Assembly: GCA_001179505.1 (NCBI GenBank)
Contig: CDMY01000494.1
Span: 1,564-65,563, forward strand
Reading direction: 5' to 3'
Length of the DNA stretch: 64,000 nt
From: Vitrella brassicaformis CCMP3155
Lineage: Eukaryota > Protista > Chromerida
Below are positions 62,461-64,000 of this stretch, one piece after another (position 1 is the first letter of the stretch; every line of letters begins with the position of its first letter). The notes below the pieces were generated by a model. That model was not told where the DNA came from. It ran no database searches and was given only the letters and a program-made list of their open reading frames with translations. The position numbers were made by a program, and so were the translations under genes.

Positions 62461-63701
62461 CCATAGCACACATACACTTAGACAGACCGACCGCAGTGAG
62501 TGGGCAGCCAGTGGGGGGCGTGTCACTGCATGAGTGGAGTGGATGGATGCATGGATTGGTTTGTGCGCTTTCCCCCCTTGCTGTCGACTCACTGGCATGG
62601 CTGTATGTTCTCTTCTCGCCTGACTCTACTATCTACTATGTTGGCTCCACGGCGCACCTGCATGCGAGGCACATGGAGCACATGCACAAAATGCATCATC
62701 CTTTTCCGACCGATGTGCGTGTGCGTGGCTCTGCTGTGCGTCAGCCAGTGAGGCTAGAGAGGAGATATCGTGTGTGGCGGCGGCACAACGCCGACTCACT
62801 TCACTTTCTCCCTCTCCTTCCCCACCGGCAGCTGCATGTTGTGCGTGAGATTGAGCGTTCCATTTTACATGCATACCAGCCGAAAGGCAATGTGTACGAC
62901 AATCCATGCCCACACTTTGCTGCGAGGGCTTTTCACGTTGCCTTGGTGGGTGGTGGTGTGCACAGAGGCAGGCCTGGCTCCTGGCGGCGCCGACGCATGG
63001 ACAGTGGCTCTCTCTCCACTCACTTGGATGCCAATATGTACAGAAAAGGGCTAGAGTCATCGCTAGTTGACCGCGTTGTATGTCGGTTGCGTCGTGTGCC
63101 CCCCTCTGTGCATGCGCCCCCTGGCTTTGACCCCCTCCCTGTGCACGAGCCGTGGCAGCCTGCTGAGCTACTCTGCCTCTCTCTCCCCAGCCCTTTTGCC
63201 CTTAGCAGACACACATGGCGGTGGGGTAGCTACAGTCAGGCGTCGCAGGCATGGCAAGAGCGGCATCCAGGTCGTGCAATCGACCTGTATTCTGACTCGA
63301 GCTGTGCTCCGCTGCTAGTCTGTTTTGCGGCCCAGAAGGGGACACATGTTGAGTGGAAGCGGGTGCCTGACGACTCTCTCTTCCGTCTCTTGCGCTTGGG
63401 GTATCGGTTGCGTGTGTGGGGGAGGCGGATGCACTTCCTGCGCCGCCTGAAAGGTGTCTTTAAGCACCGTAATCTAGTCTGGCCTGAGCGTACCAAGCTG
63501 CGTGTGCCTGCGAGTATCTTTGTTGCTGCCCGTTTACGTGCCCATTTGCGTGATTTGGTTCTTGCTCAAGGGGTGGGCAGCGAGAGGTGTCGTGCTGTTT
63601 TGTCGAGCACATCTTTGTGCAATTCACCTGCCCGGTCATATCGGCGGGTGCTATGCAATCACATTGCATACGCCAAGAGTGTCAGCGAGGAAGAGATAGC
63701 G

Positions 63702-64000
63702 ATGGCCGACACGTCGTTTCCCCTGCCTAATGGTGCGTGTGCGCGCATAGAGGATAACATGGCTCTTCCTGCGATGCATGAGATGCACAGAGAGCACCAC
63801 GCCCTGGAGAGAGAGCTGCGTGTATGGGTGGACACGAATGCGATCGATTTGCCTGCCTCTCTCCTCTCCTCCATAGTGACGGACTGCTCGCTACCGTCGA
63901 AGTACATCACTAAGGAGGAGATGGAGGTTGCAGATCGTATCAATCGTGTTGCCGGCGATGTGAGTGAAGGGCGTATATGCGTACCGTTGGATAAGAACAG
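63702..64000 (+). CDS. Partial hypothetical gene running off the window
   Basis: Open frame from the ATG at 63702 (MADTSFPLPNG..EMEVADRINRVAGD) with a gtgagt donor near 63960. Confidence 0.35.
   Translation, partial: MADTSFPLPNGACARIEDNMALPAMHEMHREHHALERELRVWVDTNAIDLPASLLSSIVTDCSLPSKYITKEEMEVADRINRVAGDVSEGRICVPLDKN

Noticed and set aside
1-64000. CRISPR arrays, tRNA/rRNA genes, transposons, and ORFs made of HTHT/VCVC/SIHP runs
   Set aside because: No spaced direct repeats, cloverleafs, terminal repeats or transposase/RT motifs were seen. The repetitive peptides are translations of intronic microsatellites.

Overview
Eukaryotic, GC-rich, intron-dense scaffold. Introns are short (about 60-130 nt), rich in (CA)/(TG), (GGAT) and (CAGA) microsatellites, and there are three 300-N gaps. 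This style and the gene families fit the chromerid alveolate Vitrella brassicaformis or a close relative (inference, no search run). I spliced about 20 gene models by hand. Conserved genes: Bax-inhibitor-1/Lifeguard, WS/DGAT acyltransferase, PLAC8, NSE1 (SMC5/6 RING), a PARP1-like gene, a MATH protein, a BTB protein and an ankyrin protein. There are also several lineage-expanded hypothetical genes and pseudogenes. The most unusual items are invisible in the ORF track because introns fragment them. (1) Two convergent, now damaged paralogues encode a Cid1-type terminal nucleotidyltransferase fused to a C-terminal KH domain. (2) An RPA70-like protein (N-domain plus three DBD-A-like OB folds) is joined to a coiled coil and a RING finger. 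(3) A zinc-finger plus IPT/TIG protein is a transcription-factor candidate. (4) Many introns have a 5' (CA)n and 3' (TG)n self-complementary layout. I found no tRNA, rRNA, CRISPR array or recognisable transposon. Exon boundaries were read by eye, so coordinates are approximate and domain calls need HMM confirmation.
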